Shown in pieces: positions 41,031 to 56,265 of a stretch of 64,000 nt of DNA. The stretch's first letter is position 1. Every line of letters begins with the position of its first letter. The translations under genes and the position numbers were made by a program. This stretch comes from Bryobacterales bacterium (GTDB lineage Bacteria > Acidobacteriota > Terriglobia > Bryobacterales > UBA6623): the NCBI GenBank assembly GCA_963422375.2, contig OY729428.2, forward strand, positions 1,280,001-1,344,000, in the 5' to 3' direction. The notes under the pieces are model-generated. The model had not been told where the DNA came from. It was given only the letters and a program-made list of their open reading frames with translations, and searched no databases.

Positions 41031-44000
41031 AGCGATCCGCGCGGGCGGCGTCCTGCTGAGCATCCGCGCCGACGTCGCCCAGTTCTCGGGGTCGATGCGC
41101 CGGATGGGCAACGACATCCGGCGCCAGGAACGGGCCATGCGCGGCCTGCGCCGGACGGTGCAGCGCGCGGCGCGGCAGATGCAGTCGTTCCGCCGGAAGG
41201 TGATCTCGGTGCAGGCCGCGGTCGGCGTGGTTTCCGGAGCCGCCGGGCTGGGACTGATGATCCGGCGCTCGGCCGAGCTCGGCTCGACGCTGGTCGAGAC
41301 GAGCCAGCGCCTGGGGCTGACGGTCCGCGACCTGCAGGCCCTGCAGCGCGCCTTCGAGAGCGAGGGCGTGTCCGTGCAGGCCGTCAACACCGGCCTGCAG
41401 CGCTTCACGCGGCGGCTGGCGGACGCGGCGAACGGGCAGGGCCAGCTGCAGGAGGCCTTCCGGGCCCTGGAAGCGCCGCTGCGGGACGCGAACGGCCGGC
41501 TGCGCGATTCCCACGACGTGCTGCTCGACGTCGCGGAGGGCTTCAAGAACACGGGCGACCAGCAGGAGCGCGTGCGCCTGGCCCAGAAGCTGTTCGACAG
41601 CGAGGGCGTGGCCTTCGTCAACGTCCTGCAGCGGGGCCGGGAGGGGCTGCTCGAGCTGGAGAAGGGCTTCGAGCGGCTGGGCTTCGTCGAATCCCGGGAG
41701 GCGGCGGCGCGGCTCAAGGCTCTCGGACAGAGCTTCGCGGACCTCGACCACGCCGTGCGCGCGGGCGCGGCCCGGGCCGTGGCCGCGGCGGCCGTCGACC
41801 TGGCCTCCCTCAACGAGCGGGCCGGGGAGCTCGCGGCGACCCTCGCCGGGCGCGCGATCGCGGCCGTGGCGCACCTCGCGCGGAACCTGGACGCCGCCAA
41901 GCAAGCCGCGATCGCCTTCGGCCTGGCTCTCGGCGCCATGAAGATCGGCGCGTGGGTCGGCACCGTCCGGGCGGCGATCGCGGCCTCCGCGGGCCTCGCC
42001 GCCGCGTTGCGCGGCCTGAATATCGCCGTCGCCGCGTTCGGGGGGCCGGCGGGCTGGATCGTCGCGGCCGTCGGAGCGCTGGGCTACTACTTCCTGTCCG
42101 CCAAGGACTCCCGGAACGAGACCGACGAGCTCGTCGCGTCGATCCGCGAGGCGGAGATCGTGCTCGCGGGAATGGACGCCTCGGCGCGGAAGCTCGGGCT
42201 CGAGAGAGAGCTCGAGAAGGCCGCCGAGCACGCCGCCGAGCTCGCCCGCGAGATCGCGGCTTCGCTGCAGAAGCACGACGAGCTCATGGAGGCCATGAAA
42301 GCGGGAGCGCGAGGGACCGTGTATTTCGTGGGCCGGGAGGGCAGGATACGCGCAGGCCTCGAGGCGGATGCCGCGCGGACGGCAGAGGAAATCGAGCGGC
42401 TGCAAGCCGAGCTCGCCGCAGCGAACGGGGAGACCCGGAACGCTCGCGGCGGCGGCGGCGATGAGATCCTGCCGCGCGTCCCGCACGTCCCGGAGGACTA
42501 CTTCGCGCGGTACGCGGACGCCGCCGAGCGGAGAATCCGGCTTGCCAGGCAGGAGCTCGCACTGGTCGGCAAGACCGGGGAGGATCTCCTGCAGCTGCAG
42601 GCGCGGCACGCGGTCGTCAACCGGCTGCTCGACGAGCGGGCGCAGCTGGAGCGGAGGCGCGAGAGGGCGGCGGCCGAGTTCCGGGCGGCGGCCGAGGCGG
42701 GCGACCAGCGGGCGCTCGCGGCGGAGCGGGAGAAGATCGCGGAACTCGATCGCGAGATCGCGGCGATCGCCAAGGCCGAGGAGGGCAAGGAATCGCTCGT
42801 GGCCCTGGAGCGCGAGGCCCTGGAGACCGCGGAGCAGGCTCGCGACGCGGCCAAGGAGCACGCCGCGGCCAACGAGCGCGCGACGGAGGCTGCCGAGGCC
42901 CAGGTCCGGGCGCTCGAGACGGCCAGCGCGGCCAGGGCCGATGGCCGGAGGGAGCATCTCAAGCTGGTCGCGGCCGAGGACCGCGAACTGCGGAGTCGCG
43001 AGGAGAGCGCCCGCGCGACGATCGCGAGGAGCGCGGCCGGCGGGGATGCGGAATCCGAGGGAGAGGCCGCGGCCCGCAGATCGTTCGAGGACCAACTGCG
43101 CGGGCTGGAGGCCCGAAGGGTAGGTCTGGACATCGACCTCGGCGGCGCCGCCGACGGCGACGCGGTCGCTGAGATCGACGCGCAATTGGCGGGCGTCGAG
43201 GTCCGGATCGAGGAGCTCCGCAATCGAGACCTCGGGCCGCTCGCGGCCCGCCTGGACAGAGTGGCCGGCATGGAGCGCCTGGCCGGGACGATCGAAGAGA
43301 ACTCGGTCGCGGCCGCGGCGCAGGATGCCGAGGCCCGGATCGCCGCGCTGAGCGAGGCCAACGCCGCGGCGTTCGAGGCGGCGATCCGGCGGGGCGCGGA
43401 TCCGGAGCGGCTCGCGCTGGCCCTCGGAGAGTACGCGTCCGAGGGGTCGCAGCGCTTCCGGGCGGCCTCCGACGAGGCCTTCGAGGGCCTCAAGCGAGAC
43501 CTCGCCGCCAAGCGGCACGCGCTGCTCGCGGCGGCCGAGGAGTTCCGGCGCCGGGCCCGGGCGGCCGCAGGCGACGAGCGGCGGAACCAGCTCTTCGAGA
43601 ACGCCGCTGCCGCCGCGGCCGCCGCGGAGAATCTCCGGACGCAGCTCGGCGACGCGCCCGGGCTGCGGGCCGCGAATCGGGATCGGATCGAGCGGGAGGC
43701 GCGCGAGAGGCTGGTCGACGAGCGCTTCCGCCGCCGCCAGGCGATCCAGAGGGATCTGCTGGCGCTGTCCGAGTCGATGTCCCGGACGCTCTCCGACGGG
43801 CTGGCCCGGGCCGTCGAGCAGGGCGGCAAGCTGAAGGACCACTTCAAGGAGATCGGCCGGACGCTGCTGAACATGGCGCTCCGGAAGCTGGTCATCGACA
43901 AGGCGACGAGCGCGCTCTCCGGGGCCCTGTCGGGGCTGTTCGGCGGCGGGGGCGGCGGGGCGGCGCCCGGCAAGGCCGGCGGCGGCCCCGTCGAGGCCGG

Positions 44001-44280
44001 GCGGATCTACCGCGTCGGCGAGAGCGGCGTGGAGCTGTTCCGGCCGGCGGCGGCCGGTTCCATCGTGCCGAACCACCGCCTGCGGCCGCTCGCCGGCGGG
44101 AGCGAGGCGCCCGCGGTCACGCTCAACATCCGCGTCGAGTCCACGGACGGCCCCGGCGTGGAGGCGGCGATCCGGCGCCTGCGGCCGCTGCTGGCGTCCG
44201 ACGCGGCCGAGCTCGCGAAGGGCGCGGTGAGAACGGACCTGGCGCGGGCGTCGGGGCTCAGAGGGACGCTGCGTGCCTGA
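41023..44280 (+). CDS. Tape measure protein
   Basis: 1085 aa, Ala-rich helical; C-terminal GGPV..GRIYRVGESGVELF..G.IVPN. Confidence 0.93.
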   Translation: MAEAIRAGGVLLSIRADVAQFSGSMRRMGNDIRRQERAMRGLRRTVQRAARQMQSFRRKVISVQAAVGVVSGAAGLGLMIRRSAELGSTLVETSQRLGLTVRDLQALQRAFESEGVSVQAVNTGLQRFTRRLADAANGQGQLQEAFRALEAPLRDANGRLRDSHDVLLDVAEGFKNTGDQQERVRLAQKLFDSEGVAFVNVLQRGREGLLELEKGFERLGFVESREAAARLKALGQSFADLDHAVRAGAARAVAAAAVDLASLNERAGELAATLAGRAIAAVAHLARNLDAAKQAAIAFGLALGAMKIGAWVGTVRAAIAASAGLAAALRGLNIAVAAFGGPAGWIVAAVGALGYYFLSAKDSRNETDELVASIREAEIVLAGMDASARKLGLERELEKAAEHAAELAREIAASLQKHDELMEAMKAGARGTVYFVGREGRIRAGLEADAARTAEEIERLQAELAAANGETRNARGGGGDEILPRVPHVPEDYFARYADAAERRIRLARQELALVGKTGEDLLQLQARHAVVNRLLDERAQLERRRERAAAEFRAAAEAGDQRALAAEREKIAELDREIAAIAKAEEGKESLVALEREALETAEQARDAAKEHAAANERATEAAEAQVRALETASAARADGRREHLKLVAAEDRELRSREESARATIARSAAGGDAESEGEAAARRSFEDQLRGLEARRVGLDIDLGGAADGDAVAEIDAQLAGVEVRIEELRNRDLGPLAARLDRVAGMERLAGTIEENSVAAAAQDAEARIAALSEANAAAFEAAIRRGADPERLALALGEYASEGSQRFRAASDEAFEGLKRDLAAKRHALLAAAEEFRRRARAAAGDERRNQLFENAAAAAAAAENLRTQLGDAPGLRAANRDRIEREARERLVDERFRRRQAIQRDLLALSESMSRTLSDGLARAVEQGGKLKDHFKEIGRTLLNMALRKLVIDKATSALSGALSGLFGGGGGGAAPGKAGGGPVEAGRIYRVGESGVELFRPAAAGSIVPNHRLRPLAGGSEAPAVTLNIRVESTDGPGVEAAIRRLRPLLASDAAELAKGAVRTDLARASGLRGTLRA

Positions 44281-44920
44281 GGTCCAGCATGCAGACGCGC
44301 GCCAGCATACCGAGGTACTCTCGCGCCCGGGCGGTCACCGGGACGGCCGGGGAGAGGCGAAGGCTGGCGTCCTCGTGAAAGATCCGGAAGCTGAATTCCT
44401 CGGAGGAGTGGATCCTGGCGAGCGCCCGCGCCGCGTCGATGCCGTAGAGCACGCCATGGCGCGGGCTGGGGCCGAGCGTGCCGAAGAAATGCAGCGTCTC
44501 GCGCGAGTCCTCGCCCCGCTTCCGGAAGACGAGCTGCAGCCTCGCGCCGGGTCGACTGAATCCCAGCGGCTCTTGCGGATCCGAGGCGAGACGCCGCGAC
44601 TCGGCGACCGCCTCTGCGCCGCTTGCTGCCGGCCCGTTGGAAAAGGTAATCGACAGGCTTGTGAATGCCTGGCTTATCAATACCCGGAGGGGAGTCGTGG
44701 CCGGCTTGGCGCAGGTAAACCTGACGCTAAACCTGGACTCGTGTCTATCGTCGACGGTCACGTGGGCGGCACGGCCCTTGCCCTTCTCCACGACCGGGGC
44801 CCAGTCCACGAGCCGGTCGGGATCCAGCCGGCCGTACGGCTCGTGCTGGGCCGCGGCGAGCGCCGCCGCGAGGAACGCGAGGAAGAGGAGGGCGGGGATG
44901 CGAGCGAAAGGGCCGGTCAC
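44258..44920 (-). CDS. Opposite-strand secreted protein (moron) inside the tail operon
   Basis: Signal peptide (LLFLAFLAAALAAAQ), lower GC, fills the gap between tape measure and distal tail genes. Confidence 0.65.
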   Translation of the reverse strand: MTGPFARIPALLFLAFLAAALAAAQHEPYGRLDPDRLVDWAPVVEKGKGRAAHVTVDDRHESRFSVRFTCAKPATTPLRVLISQAFTSLSITFSNGPAASGAEAVAESRRLASDPQEPLGFSRPGARLQLVFRKRGEDSRETLHFFGTLGPSPRHGVLYGIDAARALARIHSSEEFSFRIFHEDASLRLSPAVPVTARAREYLGMLARVCMLDLRHAASL

Positions 44921-44991
44921 GCGGTGCGAGGCGCCTCCGGGGCGCCGGACCCAGTGTACCGCGGGGGCGACGGGGGCGACGGGGGCGATTC

Positions 44992-45579
44992 GTGGCGCTG
45001 ATCCCGTTCCCGGCGGGCGTGCCGGTGACGCGCTCGGACCTGGCCCTGGGGCATCCCGGCCAGATCGTGCTGCGCTCGCCCTACGGCGGCGGGACGCAGG
45101 TGCTCGGGCGCGGTCCCGGCATCTGGTCCGGACGGCTCGAGATCGGCCCGGCCGACCGCGCCTCGGTCGCGGACCGGCGCGCGGTCGAGGCCTTCCTGGC
45201 GCGGCTGCGGGGGGCCGGGAACACGTTCGAGGCGCCGTTGCACCGCCCCAGCGGCGGCTCGCTCGTCGCCGGGGCCGAGCTGTCGGTGCAGGCGGCGGGG
45301 ATCTACGCGGGCGGCCTGCGCGTGTGGGCGGACGGCTCCTCCGAGGGCCTCGTCGCGGGCGACTACGTGCGCATCGGCGAGCGCCTGTACCAGCTGGTCT
45401 CGGACCTGCGGGGCGGCCGCTGCGAGCTGGAGCCGCCGGCGACGCCCTCCGCGGGGCGGGGCATCGCCTGGGAGGGCGTCACCTGCCTGGCGCGCCGGAC
45501 CGGGCCCGAGCGCGAGCCGTGGAGGCTGGATCCCGACTTCGCCGGGCCGTGGGCGATCGAATGGGAGGAGGCGGCGTGA
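44992..45579 (+). CDS. Distal tail protein-like
   Basis: SPYGGGTQV..W, EAFLARLRG, AGDYVRIG..LYQLV; position after tape measure. Confidence 0.65.
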   Translation: MALIPFPAGVPVTRSDLALGHPGQIVLRSPYGGGTQVLGRGPGIWSGRLEIGPADRASVADRRAVEAFLARLRGAGNTFEAPLHRPSGGSLVAGAELSVQAAGIYAGGLRVWADGSSEGLVAGDYVRIGERLYQLVSDLRGGRCELEPPATPSAGRGIAWEGVTCLARRTGPEREPWRLDPDFAGPWAIEWEEAA

Positions 45580-46169
45580 CGGCTGAAGCCCCCTGGGTGC
45601 AGAACCTCGTCGAGCTGGCCTACCCCGGGGGCGCGACGCGGCTGTGGACGGGCCGCGGCGAGCTGAGCTTCGCCCCGGACGACGGCGACGCCGGCGGCGA
45701 CGCCCGCAAGGTAGCCTGGACCGGCGGGGCGGCCCTCGGCATCGGCGAGCACGAGCGCGTGTCGGGCCGCCCCGAGCGCCGCATGAGCCTCGCGCTCTCG
45801 GGCGTGCCGCGCGAGCGGCGGGCCCGGTTCATGCAGGATCCCGGCCCGATCGAGGTGACCGTGCGCTGGGTGTACAGCCCCGACCTCGGCGAGAGCTGGC
45901 ACGAGGTGCCCGGGGCGCGGTACCGGGGCCGCCTGTCGGGCGGGTCGCTGCAGGACGGGACGCTCGCGGTCGAGCTGGAGACCCTGCTCGGCGACGTGGA
46001 GCGGGGCCGGCCGCGGCGCTGGTCGCACGAGGACCAGCAGCGGCGCTCCCCGGCCCGCGAGGTCGCGGCCGGGGACGGGGGCGCGAAGCGGACCGTGCCG
46101 GCCGACCTGGGCCTCGAGCACATGCGGGCGCTGGCCCGCCAGGGAGTGGAGACGGCGTGGCCGCCCTAG
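45576..46169 (+). CDS. Tail tip protein
   Basis: RLWTGRG, RRWSHEDQQR, D.GLEHM motifs of siphophage minor tail proteins. Confidence 0.65.
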   Translation: MTAEAPWVQNLVELAYPGGATRLWTGRGELSFAPDDGDAGGDARKVAWTGGAALGIGEHERVSGRPERRMSLALSGVPRERRARFMQDPGPIEVTVRWVYSPDLGESWHEVPGARYRGRLSGGSLQDGTLAVELETLLGDVERGRPRRWSHEDQQRRSPAREVAAGDGGAKRTVPADLGLEHMRALARQGVETAWPP

Positions 46170-46624
46170 CCGGCCCAGCCGGGCGCGAGCGGGCGCGGCG
46201 GGTCCGCGACGCCCTCGAGTCCGAGGGCCTCGGGCCGTCCGCCTGGCGCGAGCGCGACTGCGTGACGCTGCTGCGAGCGGTCGTGCGGGCCCTGTCGGGC
46301 CGCGAGCCCTCGCTGGCCCTGCCGGCCTGGACCGACGGCCTCGGCGAGCGCGAGGCGATCCTGCGAGCTCCCCGCGAGCACGGCTCGCTGCGGGACGGCT
46401 GGGCCGCGGTGCTGGACGCCGAGCCGCTGCTGCGGCGCGTCCCGCGGGGATGCCTGCCGCGGCCGGGCATGATCGCCCTGGCGGCGGTCGTCCTCGGCCC
46501 CGGGGGCGAGCGCCTGGCGGGCGCCTCGCCGGGCGTGATCGGCCCGGGCTGCGAGTGCTGGGTCCGGACGCCGCGGGGCATCGAGCGGGCGCACCCGGTC
46601 ACGGACCTGTGGGAGGTCCGCTGA
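46157..46624 (+). CDS. NlpC/P60-like tail assembly protein
   Basis: W.ERDCVTL motif, position before the central tail protein. Confidence 0.5.
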   Translation: MAALAGPAGRERARRVRDALESEGLGPSAWRERDCVTLLRAVVRALSGREPSLALPAWTDGLGEREAILRAPREHGSLRDGWAAVLDAEPLLRRVPRGCLPRPGMIALAAVVLGPGGERLAGASPGVIGPGCECWVRTPRGIERAHPVTDLWEVR

Positions 46625-46625
46625 G

Positions 46626-51740
<5,115 letters not shown>

Positions 51741-51747
51741 GAGCGAC

Positions 51748-53676
51748 ATGGATCCCGCCTACGTCATCAACGCCTTTCCCGAGCGGCGCGAGGCCGTCGC
51801 GTTCGAGCTCGAGCGCCACGGCGGCGCGGACCCGGCCGCGATCCGCTGGATCGGCGCCCCGCGCGGCAGCGCGGCCCGCGGCGAGCCGCTGTTCGCCTGG
51901 CCCCGCTGGCGCGAGGAGCGGACCGGGGCCCTGCTGACGTGGGGCGAGCTGGCCTGCTTCGCGGGGCACCTCGAGGCCTGGCGGCGCATCGCCGCCGGCG
52001 ACGCGGGCGGGGGCTTCGTCTTCGAGGACGACGCCGCGCTGACGGCCCGCCTGGACGGGCTGCCGGCGGAGGCCTTCGCCGGCGCCGGCCTGGTGTACCT
52101 GCACTCGCAGTGGCGCTGCGAGCCCGAGCCGGGCCCGGGCCCCTGGTGCGCGGCGCCGTACACGTGGACGCTGACGGCCTACTGGCTCTCGCGGGAGGCC
52201 GCGGCCGGGCTGGCCGCGGCGGTCGATCCGGACCGGATCGTGCCGGCGGACGAGTACGTGCCGTGGCACTGCGGGACGTGGGACCCGGCCTTCAACCCGC
52301 GCGTGCGCGGCGAGCTGGGGCAGCAGCCGCCGGCGGGGATCGCGGCCCGCTGCCTGCGGGAGCGGCCGGCCGGGCCGTCCGGGCGCTGGGAATCGTCCAC
52401 CGCGGCCGGCCTCTCCCCGCCGGCCTTCGACTTCGAGACGGTCGTCTTCGCCACCGAGCCGGCCCGGGCCGGGGAGGCGCTGGGGGCCCTGCGCGACCTC
52501 GGCTACCGCCCGCGGGTCCTCGGCGCGGGCGAGCCGGGCTGGGACGCCTCGGCGGAGGGCGGCATGCCCAAGCTGCGCTGGCTGCGGGAGGACCTCGCGG
52601 GATCCGACCCGCGGCGGCGCGTCGTGCTGGCGCTGGACGGCTACGACACGCTGCCGCTGGTCCCGGCCGCGGAGTTCTGGGCGCGCTTCGCCGGCATGGA
52701 CTGCCCGGCGGCGATCTCCGGGGAGCGCGGGCTGTGGCCCCCGCGCAACGAGTGGGTGCCCGACCCGGAGCGCGCCTGGCAGGCGTACTGGGAGGACTGG
52801 CCGTGGCGCCGCGAGGGCGTCGCCGAGCGCTACCGGCACGCGTGCAGCGGCGCCTTCGCCGGGCACGCCGAGACGCTGGACTGGGTGCTGCAGGGCCTGC
52901 CGCCCGACGGCGACGACCAGGCCTGGATGCAGGCCGCCGTGCTGGCCAACCCGCGCGCCTGGCGGGTCGACTCGGAGGCCTGGCTGTTCCAGTCGCTGGG
53001 CGGCGAGGAGGGCGCCGTCGAGCGGCGCGACGGCGCGGCCTTCAACGCGGCCACCGGCTGCTACCCGGCGATCCTGCACGCCAACGGCCCGCAGGCCTCG
53101 CTGGACCCGTTCCTGCCGGGCCCGCCGCCGGCGGCGCTCGAGCTGGACCCGGACGCCGGGCGCTGGCTGGAGCTGGCGCCGGGCGTCCTGGGCATGCCGT
53201 TCCTGTCGCGCGCGGCCTGCGCCGGGCTGCTCGAGAGAGCGGAGGCCAGCGACGCCTGGCAGCCGCTGGAGGGGGACGCCGTGCCGGGCGACGAGCTGCG
53301 CCTGCGCGCGCTGGACCCGGCGCTGCGGGCGTGGCTGGACGAGACCCTGCGCGCGGTCGTCGGTCCGGCGGTCGCGGCGCGCTGGCATCCCGCCGCCTGG
53401 AAGGACCCCTGCGACGCCTTCCTGATCCGCTACCGCCCGGACCGCCAGCCGTCGCTGCGGCTGCACGAGGACATCAGCTACCTGTCCTGCTCGATCCGCC
53501 TGCGGCGGGCCTGCGCGGGCGGGCAGCTGCGCTTCCCGCGCCAGAATTTCGACGACGGCGCGGCGGACGACGGCTGGCTGCTGCTGTGGCCGTCGCGGAT
53601 CACGCACCCGCACCGCGTGCTGCCGGTGCGGCGGGGGACGCGCGCCAGCCTGGTGGTGTGGACCCCGGAGAGCTGA
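51748..53676 (+). CDS. Putative trifunctional collagen-modifying enzyme: GT25 (COLGALT-like) + PLOD-type glycosyltransferase + PLOD-type lysyl hydroxylase (2OG-Fe(II))
   Basis: [33 protein letters not shown] (GT25); KLRWL, LALDGYD, SGAFAG, DDQ, LFQSL, ILHANGP (PLOD GT); [25 protein letters not shown] (PLOD LH). Confidence 0.85.
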   Translation: MDPAYVINAFPERREAVAFELERHGGADPAAIRWIGAPRGSAARGEPLFAWPRWREERTGALLTWGELACFAGHLEAWRRIAAGDAGGGFVFEDDAALTARLDGLPAEAFAGAGLVYLHSQWRCEPEPGPGPWCAAPYTWTLTAYWLSREAAAGLAAAVDPDRIVPADEYVPWHCGTWDPAFNPRVRGELGQQPPAGIAARCLRERPAGPSGRWESSTAAGLSPPAFDFETVVFATEPARAGEALGALRDLGYRPRVLGAGEPGWDASAEGGMPKLRWLREDLAGSDPRRRVVLALDGYDTLPLVPAAEFWARFAGMDCPAAISGERGLWPPRNEWVPDPERAWQAYWEDWPWRREGVAERYRHACSGAFAGHAETLDWVLQGLPPDGDDQAWMQAAVLANPRAWRVDSEAWLFQSLGGEEGAVERRDGAAFNAATGCYPAILHANGPQASLDPFLPGPPPAALELDPDAGRWLELAPGVLGMPFLSRAACAGLLERAEASDAWQPLEGDAVPGDELRLRALDPALRAWLDETLRAVVGPAVAARWHPAAWKDPCDAFLIRYRPDRQPSLRLHEDISYLSCSIRLRRACAGGQLRFPRQNFDDGAADDGWLLLWPSRITHPHRVLPVRRGTRASLVVWTPES

Positions 53677-53691
53677 GCGGGGAGCCGAGCG

Positions 53692-54534
53692 GTGCCCGCG
53701 TTTATCCGCTGGCGCGTCGAGGCCGCCGGGGGGACCGACTTCGGCGCGCCCCAGCCCGTGCTGGCGGGCCTGCCGGGCGGCCCCGGACAGCCCGGGCCCA
53801 AGGGCCTGCCCGGCCGGGCCGGACCGCCCGGAGCCCCCGGGCCGACCGGAGTCCCCGGGCGGGCGGGGCCGGCCGGGCTCCCCGGCCTCGAGGGGTTCCC
53901 GGGGCTGCCCGGCGCCGAGGGCGCCGGGGGCTCCCGGGGGGCCCGGGGGCTCCGGGGCCTGGACGGCGCGCCGGGCGCGAAGGGGGTTCCCGGCCGCCGG
54001 GGGGCGCCCGGAGCGCAGGGCGCGCGGGGGGATCCGGGGGGCCCGGGGGCGCAGGGGCGGCAGGGCTCTCCCGGCGCCCGGGGCCCGGCCGGCGCGCGCG
54101 CCGCGCGAGGCGAGGCCGGCAGGGGCGGCGCGGGCGGAGACCCCGGCGCGGGCGGAGACCCCGGCGCCCGGGGCGCCGGCGGCACCCCCGGAGACCGCGG
54201 CAGTCCCGGCTCCCGGGGAGACAGGGGCTCCCTGGGCGACAGGGGCCCCCCGGGCGCCGGAGGAGACGCCGGCGCCCCCGGAGACCGCGGCAGTCCCGGC
54301 TCCGGGGGAGACGCCGGCGCCGCCGGAGGCATCGGTATCACCGGCTCGGACGGGGCCGGCGGGGCCGGCGGCGAGCCCGGGGGCGCCGGAGACCAGCCCA
54401 GCGGGCCGGACGGATGGTCCGGGCCGGCCGGACCGCCGGGAGACCCGGGCGGGAACGTCTACCTGCAGGCTTACGACGACGGGTACGGCGAGGGCTACTT
54501 CGACGGCGAGGACGACTGCTACTCCGAGCAGTGA
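53692..54534 (+). CDS. Collagen-like protein 1 (Pro-in-Y rich, acidic Tyr/Gly C-terminus)
   Basis: Near-continuous Gly-X-Y over most of 280 aa. Confidence 0.88.
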   Translation: MPAFIRWRVEAAGGTDFGAPQPVLAGLPGGPGQPGPKGLPGRAGPPGAPGPTGVPGRAGPAGLPGLEGFPGLPGAEGAGGSRGARGLRGLDGAPGAKGVPGRRGAPGAQGARGDPGGPGAQGRQGSPGARGPAGARAARGEAGRGGAGGDPGAGGDPGARGAGGTPGDRGSPGSRGDRGSLGDRGPPGAGGDAGAPGDRGSPGSGGDAGAAGGIGITGSDGAGGAGGEPGGAGDQPSGPDGWSGPAGPPGDPGGNVYLQAYDDGYGEGYFDGEDDCYSEQ

Positions 54535-54542
54535 CGCGAGCG

Positions 54543-55409
54543 ATGCCGACGACGACGTGGACGACGGAGGCCGCCGCCGTCGAGCGGGACGACCTGCGCG
54601 CGCGGGACTTCGGCCCGGCGCGAGCGGACTCCGCGCTGCACCCGCCCGGGCCGCCCGGGCCGCGCGGGGAGACGGGCCCGCCGGGGCCCCGGGGCCCGGA
54701 CGGGCCTGCCGGGCGCCCGGGGCCGCCCGGGCCGCGCGGGGAGACGGGCCCGCCCGGCGCGTTCGCCCGCGCCGGCGCCCCGGGCGCTCCGGGCCCGGCC
54801 GGCCCCAAGGGCTCCGCGGGCCTGCCCGGACAGCCCGGAACCCCCGGCGCTCCGGGCGCCAAGGGCTGGCCCGGACGGCAGGGCCTGCCGGGAGCCGAGG
54901 GAGCCGGGGGCGCCAAGGGCCGCAAGGGCTACAGGGGCCCCGGGGGCCCCGGGGGCTCCAAGGGCTCCAGGGGCGCCAAGGGCGCCAAGGGCTACAGGGG
55001 CCCCGGGGGCCCCAAGGGCGTCGAGGGCCGGAAGGGCTCCGACGGCGCGCGGGGCGCCAAGGGATACAGGGGCGCCAAGGGGACCAAGGGGACCAAGGGC
55101 TCCAAGGGGACCAAGGGCCTCAGGTCCTTCCCCTTCCGCGGGCCCCGGGGCCCCAAGGGCTACAGGGGCAGCCCCGGCCCGGCCGGCGGGACCGGCCGCG
55201 GGGGCTACGCGGGCGCGCGGGGCCCGCGCGGGGCCCGCGGGCCGGCCGGCGAGCCGGGCCCGATCGGCCAGGTCTACCAGGAGCCGCTGCGCGGCGACCC
55301 CGGGCCGAAGGGGCGCAAGGGCGCCAAGGGCAGGCGCGGCCGGACGCTGGGCTACTCCTCCGGGTACGCGGCCGGGCATGCTGACGGATACGCGGATGCC
55401 GGCTGCTAG
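54543..55409 (+). CDS. Collagen-like protein 2 (GPP/GPR then GxK/KGYR rich)
   Basis: Gly-X-Y runs; ATG 54543 lies within the spurious 51939..55409 frame. Confidence 0.85.
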   Translation: MPTTTWTTEAAAVERDDLRARDFGPARADSALHPPGPPGPRGETGPPGPRGPDGPAGRPGPPGPRGETGPPGAFARAGAPGAPGPAGPKGSAGLPGQPGTPGAPGAKGWPGRQGLPGAEGAGGAKGRKGYRGPGGPGGSKGSRGAKGAKGYRGPGGPKGVEGRKGSDGARGAKGYRGAKGTKGTKGSKGTKGLRSFPFRGPRGPKGYRGSPGPAGGTGRGGYAGARGPRGARGPAGEPGPIGQVYQEPLRGDPGPKGRKGAKGRRGRTLGYSSGYAAGHADGYADAGC

Positions 55410-56265
55410 CGGGGCGCTGTGGACGATCGTCGCGCGCGCCCCGGACGCCCGCTCCGTGCGGGCCGGGGGCTTCGGCGCGCCGCGGCTGTACGCCGGCCCC
55501 GTCGGCCCCGTCGGCGAGCGCGGACGCCCGGGACCGCCCGGCGGCGAGGGGCACCCCGGACCGCCCGGACCGCCCGGACCGCGGGGCCCGCGCGGGCCCC
55601 GCGGCCGGCAGCGGCGCGGCGAGCGCGGACGCCCCGGGGCCGTCGGCCAGCGGGGCGCGCCGGGCGACCCGGGACCGGCGGGCCGGGGCGGCGACCCCGC
55701 CCCCGACGGCGCGCAGGGCGACAGGGGCGCCCGGGGCCTGCCCGGGAGGCAGGGCGACCCCGGCCCCGGCGGCGCGCAGGGCGACAGGGGCGCCCGGGGC
55801 CTGCCCGGGAGGCAGGGCGACCCCGGCCTCGGCGGCGCGCAGGGCGACAGGGGCGCCAAGGGCGTCAAGGGCTCCAAGGGGCGCAAGGGCTACAGGGGCG
55901 TCAAGGGCGCCAAGGGCGCCAAGGGCGCCAAGGGCGCCAAGGGCGCCAAGGGCGCCAAGGGCTCCGACGGCGCGCGGGGCGCCAAGGGCCCCAAGGGGTA
56001 CAAGGGCGCCAAGGGGTACAAGGGCGCCAAGGGCGCCAAGGGCGCCAGGGGCCGGAAGGGCCCCAAGGGGTACAAGGGCGCCAAGGGGTACAAGGGGTAT
56101 AAGGGATACAAGGGGAGCAAGGGCGAGGCCGGCTACTATTCCGGCAGCCCGTTCAACCCCGAGGACTACCGGGGGGCGCCCGGGCCGCCCGGCTCCAAGG
56201 GCGCCAAGGGCGCTTCCGGAGGAGGACGCAACTATGGCCGGACGACGCTACCGCATGCTCGCTGA
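55396..56265 (+). CDS. Collagen-like protein 3 (extremely GxK rich)
   Basis: Gly-X-Y runs incl. (GAK)6; start ATG 55396 (MPAASG) parallels the paralog starts, 55378 is the alternative. Confidence 0.85.
   Translation: MPAASGALWTIVARAPDARSVRAGGFGAPRLYAGPVGPVGERGRPGPPGGEGHPGPPGPPGPRGPRGPRGRQRRGERGRPGAVGQRGAPGDPGPAGRGGDPAPDGAQGDRGARGLPGRQGDPGPGGAQGDRGARGLPGRQGDPGLGGAQGDRGAKGVKGSKGRKGYRGVKGAKGAKGAKGAKGAKGAKGSDGARGAKGPKGYKGAKGYKGAKGAKGARGRKGPKGYKGAKGYKGYKGYKGSKGEAGYYSGSPFNPEDYRGAPGPPGSKGAKGASGGGRNYGRTTLPHAR

Noticed and set aside
40876..44076. 1066-aa minus-strand ORF
   Set aside because: Antisense shadow of the tape measure gene
51939..54542. N-terminal part of the 1156-aa ORF 51939..55409
   Set aside because: Off-frame overlap of the PLOD-like gene and collagen 1; only 54543 onward is credible
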